From assembly GCF_000181795.1 (NCBI RefSeq), contig NW_003526945.1:5097282-5142911 (forward strand): a stretch of 45,630 nucleotides of DNA. The letters run 5' to 3'. Source of the DNA: Trichinella spiralis (lineage: Eukaryota). Under the pieces are notes generated by a model. That model searched no databases. It saw only the letters and a list, made by a program, of their open reading frames with translations, and was not told the DNA's origin. Within the stretch, counting starts at the first letter, position 1. Each line of letters starts with the position of its first letter. Both the position numbers and the translations under genes were made by a program. Below, one piece after another: positions 34,801-45,630 of this stretch.

Positions 34801-35775
34801 TTTTGAGAAAAAGGGGTCTTGTTTTGTTGTATGGTAAAAAAATTTCCCAGGCCCCCCCCTTTTTCCCTTGTTGGAAATTTGCCGCCTTGTTGCATTTTTG
34901 TGGCATATATCAGGGAAGTATTTGGGTGGGGGTGCAAAAAAAACACATTATTTCGATATTCTGTGACAAGATTCTCAGATGTAGCACAGATTGAACGGAA
35001 AATTCTTTTGGAATGTTTGGGGGAAATTTAACTGCAGCACATGTTTGTTGGTCCAGTGGAAATTTTGGAAAATTCTGCGTAAGAATTTTCACCTTGTTCA
35101 TGATAATCGCTGCACAGCTTTCTTCATTGTCAACTAGTTGACAAGGCTAGCTTTGCTGCCATCGTAAAATATCATTAGGTCTCGAATTATGAAAACATTG
35201 AATGACCCAGATAAGCATGTTCATTTAATCTCTCTTTGTTATCTTTTACTTTAAGCCCTTCATTTGTTGCTTCTATATTTTTATCAGAATGATGCAATTG
35301 GATAATAAAGATATTCAATTTGTAAAGAACAAGACCATCCGTTCTATTTTTCTTCTATCTCAGTGGTCATCACAAGCTTGTGCTATTTTCAACGTCTTAG
35401 ATTTGAGATATATTTTCGAATGATGGGAATAAATAATGATGAAATTCAGTTTGTATCTCAAAGAAAGCTGGTTGTGAACAAAGACTCAAACAGTGGATTA
35501 ATGTAGCATCTTCAGCATAAGTGATCTTGCAAGTCTATGCTAAGTCTTCTTGCTAAGTCCAAAAAATTTATACACTATTCCACATTACATATAAAAAAAA
35601 CTTTGTTTCAAAAAATAGGAAATGTGAATATTAATGTCCATATTAGGTAATTTAATGGTGAAGCACCCGATATTTGGGAAAACTTTGATGGAAAAAAATT
35701 ATCCAATCAATGATCAAAACTAAGTGACTAATCAAATGATATAAGTTATTCGGCCAATAAGTGATGAAAACTGGG
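31196..35775 (-). mobile_element. Degenerate CACTA/EnSpm-like (CMC superfamily) DNA transposon
   Basis: ~140-bp imperfect terminal inverted repeats (31196-~31337 vs ~35635-35775) starting CCCA(A/G), flanked on both sides by TAA. Minus-strand fragments ACD..NGWSCS, DLM, PKEFS..FTEYR, SVNVHS..AFSF..GKM and IGKIKFF occur in the order expected for an EnSpm-type transposase. Many stops and frameshifts. The span includes two gaps and duplicated sequence. Confidence 0.6.
31630..33670. repeat. Diverged ~650-bp direct repeat inside the transposon (31630-32305 vs 33035-33670)
   Basis: Colinear text such as attccattttaaat...gttgacagaagattattaatca...cagttttcagctaaaactggg, with scattered substitutions and a ~20-bp indel. 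Confidence 0.8.
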
Positions 35776-36259
35776 TAACTAATAAAAGAGCACAACTCAT
35801 TAGCCAATTACTGATTAATCGCCGTACAGCTAATCAACGACTCACAAATCACCAAAAGGGGGCGGAGTTAGGGGAAATCGGTAGCGTACAAAGTGGAACG
35901 ATCCCTCTTAATACATAGGTGTGCTTCCCACTTTTTTTCAGGCTATGTGGAGAGCTACGCAACAGGGAACAACCGGAATACGTTTGTTGTACTCCGCTAA
36001 TCGTTCTGATCGATTGATGCCCATAAAGTCCATTTTTGGAAGAAAAGGTTGTTCTCGAAAATTGCAAATTTCACGGACTATAGACTTGGCTGTTTTGCGA
36101 AAATCGGCGAAAAATTTGTTTTCAACTTTGGAATTTTTTGATTGTTATAGTTTTGTATTGATAAAAGATAGATAGTTTTTTGGAGAGTTTCTCCGGAAAC
36201 TGCCTAGTAGGTTTCAGGATGTTGTAAACGATAAAGAAAAGTCAGGAGCAAATTTTATT

Positions 36260-36876
36260 TGAAGAGATACTTCTTTTTTCTGGATTATTTGAACATTTGC
36301 GATGATCCTACAAAAGATCATTTTACTTGCATACTTATTTACATATTTCTCTTCTTTTCCTTCCCACTTACATCGCATTTTTCTGCCTTCGCTATTTTGC
36401 GAAGAGTAGCCAAAAGAATTTTGTACAAATTTCAACTTTTTGTGAGTGATAGATGTTGACAGTAATAAATGATATTGTTATGGACAGTTTCAATGCACAC
36501 TACGCCTATCTTAATATGTAGGAATGTTGCCAATCTTTAACTTCCTCGAAACGCAACTAGCATACATGATTTTTAGCAAACGTAGCACTTTTTGCGTTTG
36601 ATTTGGGTATGCATTAAACTTCAACAACAACGATTATAACCCGTTCGTGTCCTTACTCCTACAGATGTTTGCCACTCACCCAATCGACTCAGCCAGCGTA
36701 GAGCGAAGCTTTACTGCAGTGAAATATCTGAAAAGCTATTTCCGGACTACCATGATAGAAGAACAACTGAACGGACTTAAAGTGATGTGTACGTTCATTC
36801 TGACTTTTCCATTGATATTGATCTGGTAGTGGAAAAGTTCCTTTTCAAACAGAATCGAAACGTGTCGTTCATTTGA
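36260..36876 (+). pseudogene. hAT transposase remnant (C-terminal dimerisation domain)
   Basis: LLLQMFATHPIDSASVERSFTAVKYLKSYFRTTMIEEQLNGL matches the hATC signature (P.SSAS.ERSFS.LK..K.YLR.TM...RLNGL). It continues after a frameshift as YVHSDFSIDIDLVVEKF. The upstream part is broken and its 5' limit is approximate. Confidence 0.8.
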
Positions 36877-38798
36877 AATACAATTAAAATTATTAATTTG
36901 ATAATTATTCTATCACGTTATTGAGATTCCAATTTTGTTTAAATGAAGAAATAGCACTATTTTGTTCCTCGTCACACTGCCATGTATAATAATACACGTG
37001 CATGATAAATCTTTTGTGTATTACATCCGCACCTCTTTATAAATTAAACGCCTATGTATATTTTACATTAAATGAAGGAATAGAATTTCGTTTTTGCAAA
37101 ATTACAAATATGCACTTTCAGTTTCATTTTTACTCTATAATTAATTTTCTACTGGCAAAGTGTGGTTCGACCGCACAAGATTTTACAAGACAAGACATTC
37201 TATCTTGTGACATCCTCAACATCATACCACCAGGTCGCCTGATCTTTTTGTTGAGTTGACGCGGGAATGACAGAAAATTAACGGACATCACGTTGTGCAC
37301 AAGCAAACACAAAAGGTAAAAATCACAAACGTCATTAAAATATAAATAGAATTCAGGCATGGATGACAAAAAAGTATATGAAAATCTGCAGGTATTAATC
37401 TAACTGATGATAGCCGGCTAGGCTGCACCACAGCTTTAATGTTGTCAGTAAAATAAATACAAGTCTTATTTCACATTAATGTCGTAATTCAAGCAGACAG
37501 TTTTATCTTACATGAGCACAGAATACAAAGCATAAAAAGGAAATAAAGCAGATAAAATGAGGAAAAGTAAAAGCATCTTTTAATATGAAGTTAAAGTATA
37601 CATCCAAAATAAAATCACGGAAAGATAATTAATAATTGGAAATACAGTAATATACATTATTTAAATTGCTAAATTAAAGATAAGAAGGTTACTAAGTAAT
37701 AAACAAATGAGAGAAATGCAAATGTTGTATACATAGTTATTATTTTATTACAATGCTGTTCGATAAGCGGTGGCGGTGCGTAACCAAGGTGCAAGTGCAG
37801 AATGCTACATTCAGGTGAAAATTTAGTACTAAAACTTACTTTCTTGATGTTTTTCTATGAATTCATGCATATTTAAGTATTTAGGCAATTTTCAATTTAA
37901 AGATGCGTAAAATTTGAAATACTTTTAAAACAGAATTCTTAATTACATATAGTTGAACGTTGAAGGTTTTGAACAAATCCATATTTCAATATGTTATTTT
38001 AGGTAATCGTTTAGATTTAACTGGAGAACACGATTACATTTTCAATTTGCACTTGTTTATGGCATTCAACTTCATTCTGAACTAACTGGTCAAATATCAA
38101 CAAGCGTATAGTAAAAACATAAAAATACCGTTTTCATACAGAAATTGTTTACAATTTAATTTTATTATCACTTTATATTGTTTTTTAAATTTTGCACCAT
38201 GAAGACATTAGATAAATCAAAATTTTCATCTAGTTAATTTTGCTTGTCATAGGGTGCAACAAGTGTGCTGAATTATTGTTTACTTTTTGTTGATATTATG
38301 TTGTAATTCATATTTGATTGAGTAGCATATCCAACTTACGTAAGCCGGTGTTTAACGCTATGTGCGTAGTGTCTGTCTTTTATGCAAATTGGGCCGTTTG
38401 AAAATTAATTTCATATTAGCAGTGCACCAGTTAAATCGACTTTGTTGGCTAACAGAAGCATCGGCAGCGATGTTTGCTCGATCTATTTTTGCTTTAACTA
38501 CTGAGTAAGGTGTATTATTAGATGTAGAAGAATCTTATCTTTTCGAACAAAGGCGTGGTGCAGTTTCAATTTGAATTTGCATTTCAATTTGTTTGCTTTT
38601 GAGCTTATGCGTGGCCTGCATAATATTTGTTCAAGGAAATGAAATACGTTTCGTACTTGTTAATCAATAGAAATGAACTTTATGTAAATTTTCCTGAGGC
38701 TACTATTAGTTGCTCTAGAAACTCATTTCAAATGATTGTAGGCGAACGGTGTGCGGCGAATGAACAATGGCGTTTTCAATACGATGACAGACGAAGAA

Positions 38799-39061
38799 NN
38801 NNNNNNNNNNNNNNNNNNNNNNNNNNNNNNNNNNNNNNNNNNNNNNNNNNNNNNNNNNNNNNNNNNNNNNNNNNNNNNNNNNNNNNNNNNNNNNNNNNNN
38901 NNNNNNNNNNNNNNNNNNNNNNNNNNNNNNNNNNNNNNNNNNNNNNNNNNNNNNNNNNNNNNNNNNNNNNNNNNNNNNNNNNNNNNNNNNNNNNNNNNNN
39001 NNNNNNNNNNNNNNNNNNNNNNNNNNNNNNNNNNNNNNNNNNNNNNNNNNNNNNNNNNNNN
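38799..39061. other. Assembly gap; further 10-N gaps at 28696-28705, 29469-29478, 32310-32319, 34599-34608 and 40631-40640
   Basis: Runs of N. Confidence 0.99.
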
Positions 39062-40450
39062 ATGCAAATTCGCAATTGACGTAGTGCCGAGACTCTGTTT
39101 CGGTGCCAATCTAGTGGTGATCGTTACTCCCCCAAGAGGAACGGTAAGCGTTGCTATGCGTTTGTGCTATTGTCTCGCTGGCTCTGACACTTGGCCAATG
39201 ATTGACATCAGATTTGCCGTCACACCTTTAATTAGTTCATTTGGCGTTGCACCTTTCATCAGTTTAGGCATCAAACATTTGAAATTAATCTCCATCGAGA
39301 GTTTCCCCTTATAATCATGCTAAATAGTTTAAATTTGTTAACATTCTGTACATTAATTTATTCATTTAGGAACTTAAATGATATAGAAAATATAATGTTC
39401 ATTTATCCAATAATTGGGAAAATTCAGTTTTTGTTTACATTACACTGTTTTAAAGTAGAAAAGTTTACCAGTTTTTCATTTACATTTCATAATATAAAAG
39501 ATTTTAATTATTCATTAATTTTATAGTGGTAATAATATATTTTTAGTATAAAGCAGTTTTTCACTTTAATGAATGTAATGTCAAAGTAGATTTCTACTTT
39601 AAAACAGTGTAATGTAAACAGTTAAAAGGGATGTAATATGGTAGACATTAAATAGGCATAATTTTATTTATTAATTATTGGTGAATTAGCTATTGCTTGA
39701 ATATAAATTTTTTACTTATAAAAATGTTAATCGGGGTCTCCTTTAATTAGGTAATGGGGAAAGTAAACTTGGTATAAATGAAATAAACGATTAGCTTAGG
39801 CAAGGTGCAACGAGATTAATCTTTTTATAAATAGGAAGTAATTTTCTATAAATAGAATGTTATTAATCCGTAACATGTAGGAAAACAATTTATTAAATAT
39901 GAGATTAATTTTAATATGATAATTAGAAAGTTTAAAAGGCAACGTAAATGCAACACTGAGTATTTTAATTTTTAATTAGGTTAAATAGCGTCACTCGTAA
40001 CAACATATTTCAGCAGTGACAGTTTTTTAATAAATGATTAACATACAATGTAAACGCAAAAGTGGGTCATGATATTTTCTAATTAGGTATAATAACGTCA
40101 CTCGTAACTACATATTTCAGCAGGGTTTTTTAATAGTTAATTAGAATGTTTTAAATGGAATGCAAAAAACAGCAACTTACAGTACTCAGTTTTATTTGAA
40201 AAGATAAGTAGGCATAATACATTAAATCAATAATGATGAGTTGTAAATCATACGGTAAGTATGCAAACATGAGTTGGTTCTGCAGGACAGTACATTAATA
40301 TTGAGTATCAGGTGTGACGGCAATTTGATGTGCATGAGGCGGCAAGGCTTAGTAGGCGAGACGATTCACATTTGCCTGGCAGCGCACGCCATCTGGTGCG
40401 GAAGCTACGTCTTCGGCGGATCAGAATGGCCATCTGGTCCGTCGAGGGTG
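39062..40450. repeat. Foldback-like element: outer inverted arms, an inner perfect 30-bp inverted repeat and ~107-bp tandem subrepeats
   Basis: acatcagatttgccgtcacacct (~39204-39226) is inverted against aggtgtgacggcaatttgatgt (~40310-40331). 39432-39461 and 39591-39620 form a perfect inverted repeat. taattaggt...cgtcactcgtaac.acatatttcagcag occurs at ~39973 and ~40080. Confidence 0.6.
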
Positions 40451-40640
40451 GATCAGATGGATCCACCCATGGTCATCTCGGCCAAAATCGTGAGGCCAGC
40501 ACGTGGGCTAGGAGGCGATGATGCCTTGGGGGTCCCCGGGGCAGGAGGGCGGGGGGCGGCGCGGGGGCGGTCGGGCTGACCGAAAGGCAGGCCTCCACCG
40601 CAACCGAAAACTTTTTTTTAAAAAAAATTCNNNNNNNNNN

Positions 40641-43600
40641 CTAGCGCGCTGACCAAGCCTGTTTACCGATTGATTTGAGAGTGTGGCTTTTTACAATGGA
40701 CACTAGTTCTGTGGTGATGAAAAGGTGTTATATAATTCGTTTTTCAATTTTGAATTCACATTTGCCGTAACTGTCGTAAAACTGAAACAGTGTTATAGAT
40801 TTCGATCAAGATTGTCATTTCAAAAAGAACTATGCGCTTCAATGTATATATATATATATATATACTGCTGAAATTGTAAAAGCAAAATGTTGCACTTATG
40901 TAGCTGAGAAAAATTGTATGCAATGTAAACAATTTTTTATCGAATTATTTCATAATTTTATTTCCAATTCACTTTCATCACGTAACGTCTATGGGCGGTT
41001 TTCTCTTGTTTTGTCATCCATGTTTTGAAATGGTGCATTTACGCTGCACCTAGCGGACGTTTTAAATTATTTTCAATTTCTGTCGCCCCCCCCCCCTAGT
41101 TATGCAATATAAACAATACGATAAAAAATAAAATAATTGTTTTATAATTAAAAAATTCATATTAAAAAGTTATTTCTAAATACAGTATGATATGATGCAT
41201 CGATATATTTGTATCAAAAATTTTTAACATTTCATCAAAAATAAGGTAATTTATTTTTCATTCAAAACATTTTTTTAAGTATTTGTTTTTTCTTTTTTTA
41301 TTATTATAATTTTGTATTATCATTCTATTTTTTTGAACTTGATTTACCTTTTTGTACCATACTATAATATTTTAGCAGTTCGTATGTTCGCATTAACGTC
41401 TGTTGATATGCTGGGGTCTGTTTGTTTTTTCATATTGCACTGCACAGAATAGATATATGTACACAAATGTTTACAGAATGTAAAGAGCTAATTATGGAGG
41501 AGTGGTTTTTGTGTAAAGTATCCCCAATGCGTTACTTGAAATTGCGGGAACATTTGTCTACTTTAATAGTTGCACATCAGTCAACAACTTATTGTTTTTA
41601 TTGTATTATTACTTATTTAGGTATATTTCTTGCTTCGATATTTTATTTAGTTATATTTTAAAATGTTTAGTTAATATTATAAGATGTGTATGAATTTTAC
41701 GACTTCGTCACAAGCAAGATATAGATTGTTGTTTCACAGGTCATCATCGGACACGTTGATAAGACAGATAAGTTGAAAAAGTTGTGCCCGTGATAGAAGC
41801 GACTACGATTTGAAAATATTATACGTTCATTATTAATTCATATTCGGCCGAGTTATCGTCGAACGAATGAATGAATTAGTGTTCAAAGTCGGCAAATTTA
41901 AGAGGCTTATGATGATAATTTTTCTTTTGTTTTCTTTGAAATGAATCGAGTCAGTTGCTTGCTTATGAAATGAAGAACCGGAGGGAAGAATAAATTTGCG
42001 CAGCCATTGTTGATAAGAGTTATTAGCTTCATCTCGCAGTTGAACGCAGTGAACAATTTTGAACTTGCAAAAGCATGCCTGCTCCTCTTTCCAGTGATCT
42101 GCAATAGATGAATGAAGTTTTATTTGAATTATTTTCATTCGTGGTTGTCAGTTTGGTTTCAAGTTCAGCTTGTGCATTTTTGTTCAATTTGCTCGTCAAG
42201 TTGGGGCGATTGGGGCAGAGCGCAAAATTTTGATGGCTTTTGTTTGCAGGCTATATATACCTGACGAGACGCTGTTTCGTCGTAAATCCGGTCTAAACTT
42301 GTTGAGCAGCACTCTACCTCGCTTACTCTGAAAATTTGCAGGTAAAATGATTGGCTTGTTAATTTTCAGCGTCAGTTATTTGAATTTACTTTTTGCAATC
42401 AATTGTTTGCACTTGCTTCAAATGTACACACAACGGGCGTTTATTACTAGTTGATTGTACCGCGCCAAAAAGTATATTTGGTAATGCATGCAGTTTTAAG
42501 CATTATTACCGTTTTGTAAATTGTTTGATATTTTGGTATTTCAACTTTTGAAGTTTTTTTGTTTCTCTCAAGTAGATATGTTTGTTTTATTTATAAGAGG
42601 GGTTGGGAACGNGAATTTACTTTTGCAATCCATTGTTTGCCCTTGCTTCAAATGTTCACCCACAACGGCGTTTATTACTAGTTGATTGTACCCGCGCCAA
42701 AAAGTATATTTGGTATGCATGCAGTTTAAGCATTATACCGCTGCTGAGCACCGCTCCACAAACATCTGTATACTGATGTATGATGTAAACAGTTTGATAT
42801 TTTGGTATTTCAACTTTTGAAGTTTTTTTGTTTTTCTCAAGTAGATATGTTTGTTTTATAATGGTGATGGGTTGGGAACGTTGAAATTTTTCGCAATTTG
42901 TCGGTCTCCCTGTCAGCATTATTCTTGTTCTTATTATCATTATTATGTTCAACTAGCAATGTATAAAACGTTTGCTGAATTATTTTTCAAATTATAACTT
43001 CTCCTGCTCAAGTAAATGTGCATCATGGCTAAAATGATTAATCAGTTTCAATGACGGAGAAATTTCAGTCTCTTTTATAAATCATAATTTTCCACTTTTA
43101 TAAATAGATCCATGTTCAGTGATTTTCAATTCAACATTCAAGTTGCGAGAAGTAATACACTATACATTTATTTTAGAGAAATGATTCGAACAAGTTTAAT
43201 AGCAGTGACCGTATTTAAAGAACATCTACAAGTTGTTCGCAGTTCGTCAATGAAGCACATATCCTCATTACAAGGCGTTCGTCAGTTCAGTTCCATAGAT
43301 TCGCACGGCAATTCGATGTTCAAGCAGTACGTGGAGATGAAAGAAGTAAGTGTCTTTATCATTTTATTAATTGGCTCTTATGAGTTTTCGTCTGATTATC
43401 AAAGTATGAAAGTATAAATTTGTAAAATGTATAGTCAGTCATCTTTACAACTTGAAATGCAGTTTCATGTCGATTGCACGCTTTAATTTGATTATTCACG
43501 CGAACGTTTGCATCGGTGAAAAATTTATGAACATCAATAACATCACAGATCGCTGCAAGATTTACTTTTCACTGTGAACTGTGAAAAGTGCAAAATTATT

Positions 43601-45630
43601 ATAATGCTAAGATCTATCGTATTTGACAATCAAGTACTTATATGATTTTTGGCTTTGGTTCGTATTGTACTATGTCTGCGATGATATGCTGTACGTTTTT
43701 TTTTGTGCTGTTGTCGTCTACAGTTTTTTGGTTTTATTTTATTGGTATTACTTGATTTGGAAGATCGCTGACATGCAGCTGCTACTTTAAATTGACCAGT
43801 TATTAGTTTAACTTGCCAGTTGTGCACTCGCTTAGAAGCTTAATGTTAAGTGGCAGGTACATTTTTGGATCAGATCAGATCAGATCAAATCAAGTAAATT
43901 AAGAAATGAATGTGTGGATTAAAGTGATGAAAGTGTGCTGTTTTTAATTTGCTGTTAATTGATGTTTGTTGTTGATTTTTGTTTAAACCTAATTGTTGTT
44001 TGACAATAGTTCACTGACAGCTTTTCTAAACGTCATATATATATATATCGCTGTTACCTAATGTTTGTTAAAATGACGTTGTATCAGGTAACATATTTGA
44101 TAATTTCAAATTTAAAAGTTCTTTCTAAAATATTTTCAAATAATCTAATCGAGCTGATTGGAAACTTCTTCTAACTTTTTCTTGCAAGCGACAATTTAAA
44201 ATTTAAAACTAAAGTCGTTGAAGCAACAATCATGTCAGACGGCGTCAGTTGTGCATGGTGAAAAATGCGACGTAAGATTTCAGAATCGGTTGTTCAACTT
44301 TTTCTGCTATATTTATATCAAGAAAGATTTAAAGCGAGTTTGAAAGTTTTGAGAAAAAAATTCATTTTCATGTGCAATCCTTTTGCTTTTGTCTTCATTT
44401 ATACATGTTATATAATTACTATTTTTTTAATTTACTTAAACTTTACATACTGGATATTACACATATTTTTGAATCATCACTTATTAATAGATTTTATTTA
44501 CATTGTCATATTTGTACAGATCACTGTGAGTAGACTTTTTTGATTGTCAATTCTGGCCGGCAAACAAACAGTTTAAGCTTAAGATTAATTTAGTAAATAG
44601 TTCTTGGAGACCTAATTAACGCATCGGGCATTTCGTGTTTGTAATGCATGACGTTTTGCTTGAATGCATGAATAGTATCGACGACAGTATTTTTATTTAA
44701 TAATTATTTGTACATGAAATGATCATGCGTAAGTTATTTTTAGCAGTAATTTTATCCCGTCTCGGCTTCGTTAGTCTTCTTTTAGCACAACGTAAAACTG
44801 ATTTGTAATTTTTTTCATGGATATGTGCAGATTTTTTAAAATTATTGCTTACATTTAAAGATAGGTTTCTAAAATATTTTATAATTGGTTGAAAAAAAAT
44901 GTAAAAATAAATTTTCACATTTTGCAGATAGCGTGCGTGTTTGAAAATATGAAAAGTATGCTTTTTAAGAAATTGGATGTGATCTATTTTGAAAAATTTA
45001 TCATTTTACTATAAAATTATTAATTTACGGTTAAAATTTAATGATTTAAATGAGAGGAAAATTTCAGATAAAAAGGTTCATGGTCAGTTCTTTGACCAAA
45101 GTTGGCGCCGATGTTTCCCACGCCGACGCCTTGGCTGAAGTTCTTATTGATGCCGATTATCGAGGCCATTACAGTCACGGCTTGAATCGTTTAGGTAAGT
45201 GCTATTTTGAATAAAATGCCGCCGATTAATGTTTTCCAACAAGAGATGTTTTATACAATTGCTCTTTGCATCGGCTTTTTCCAGTTTAATGATGTGCAAT
45301 TTTAGACATGTACATCAGAGATTTTGTGACCGGCATTTGCAGCGTCTCTGGATCTCCAAAGGTGGTGAAAGAGAACATGGCCACTGCTTTGGTTGATGGA
45401 AACAATCTGCTTGGTCCTGTTGTTGGAAAATTTTGCATAGAATTGGCCATGCAAAAGGCTGACAAGTGTGGAATTTCGATGGTCGTTGCCAAAAGTATGC
45501 AATTGAGAAAATCACTTTTCGGTGAAGATGAGACTTTTCTGTCGCTCCATTTTAGATTCGAATCATTATGGGATTGCTGGCCACTATCCGTTGTGCGCTG
45601 CGTCAAAGGGTTATTGTAGCGTGTTTAAAA
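40641..45630 (+). repeat. Near-identical duplicate of 13685-18408
   Basis: Colinear sequence and duplicated ORFs (14468/41422, 14879/41833, 15889/43112, 18084/45308). It begins right after an N gap, has noisy ends, a poly-C run and a ~270-bp internal redundancy containing an N. Confidence 0.95.
43181..45615 (+). CDS. Second, partial copy of the Ldh_2 dehydrogenase (exons 1-4), possibly an assembly duplicate
   Basis: Exons 43181-43345, 45068-45194, 45306-45494 and 45556-~45615 match copy 1. Single-base deletions occur only in the last ~30 nt. Confidence 0.6.

Noticed and set aside
38742..38798. Possible exon ANGVRRMNNGVFNTMTDEE, faintly like a cathepsin propeptide
   Set aside because: Too short, cut by the gap, and the motif match is poor. 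The longer ORFs here are made by the Ns.
40480..40630. G-rich, G-quadruplex-like tract and the ORF 40274-40579
   Set aside because: It lies in a degrading contig end just before a gap and is probably base-calling noise.
41086..42800. Poly-C run at ~41087 and a ~270-bp internal duplication with a short novel insert at ~42741-42791
   Set aside because: The region contains an N and many indels relative to copy 1, consistent with mis-merged low-quality reads.

Overview
AT-rich eukaryotic genomic DNA with short GT-AG introns from a gapped draft assembly. It is probably a nematode and plausibly Trichinella (inferred from a DB-module gene, intron style and microsatellite load; not verified). The first ~26 kb is gene-dense, and I built each gene model by hand so that splice phases join in frame: a PDE3-type phosphodiesterase (+), a 15-exon AMPK alpha subunit (-), an intronless C2orf69/UPF0565 homolog (+, head-to-head with AMPK), an 11-exon Ldh_2-family dehydrogenase with a probable mitochondrial presequence (+, with a hAT MITE in an intron), a 6-exon unknown protein with a possible PH-like domain (+) and a secreted DB-module protein (+). 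The 26.6-40.6 kb stretch is degraded transposon sequence: a CCC-ended, TAA-flanked CACTA/EnSpm-like relic, a hAT transposase remnant and a foldback-like element, mixed with gaps and overlapping low-quality contig ends. 40.6-45.6 kb is a near-identical second copy of 13.7-18.4 kb and is most likely an assembly or haplotype duplicate. I found no provable new system. The best leads are the energy-metabolism gene neighbourhood, the unannotated PH-like protein, divergent pockets in PDE3 and AMPK, and a near-consensus CTCF motif.
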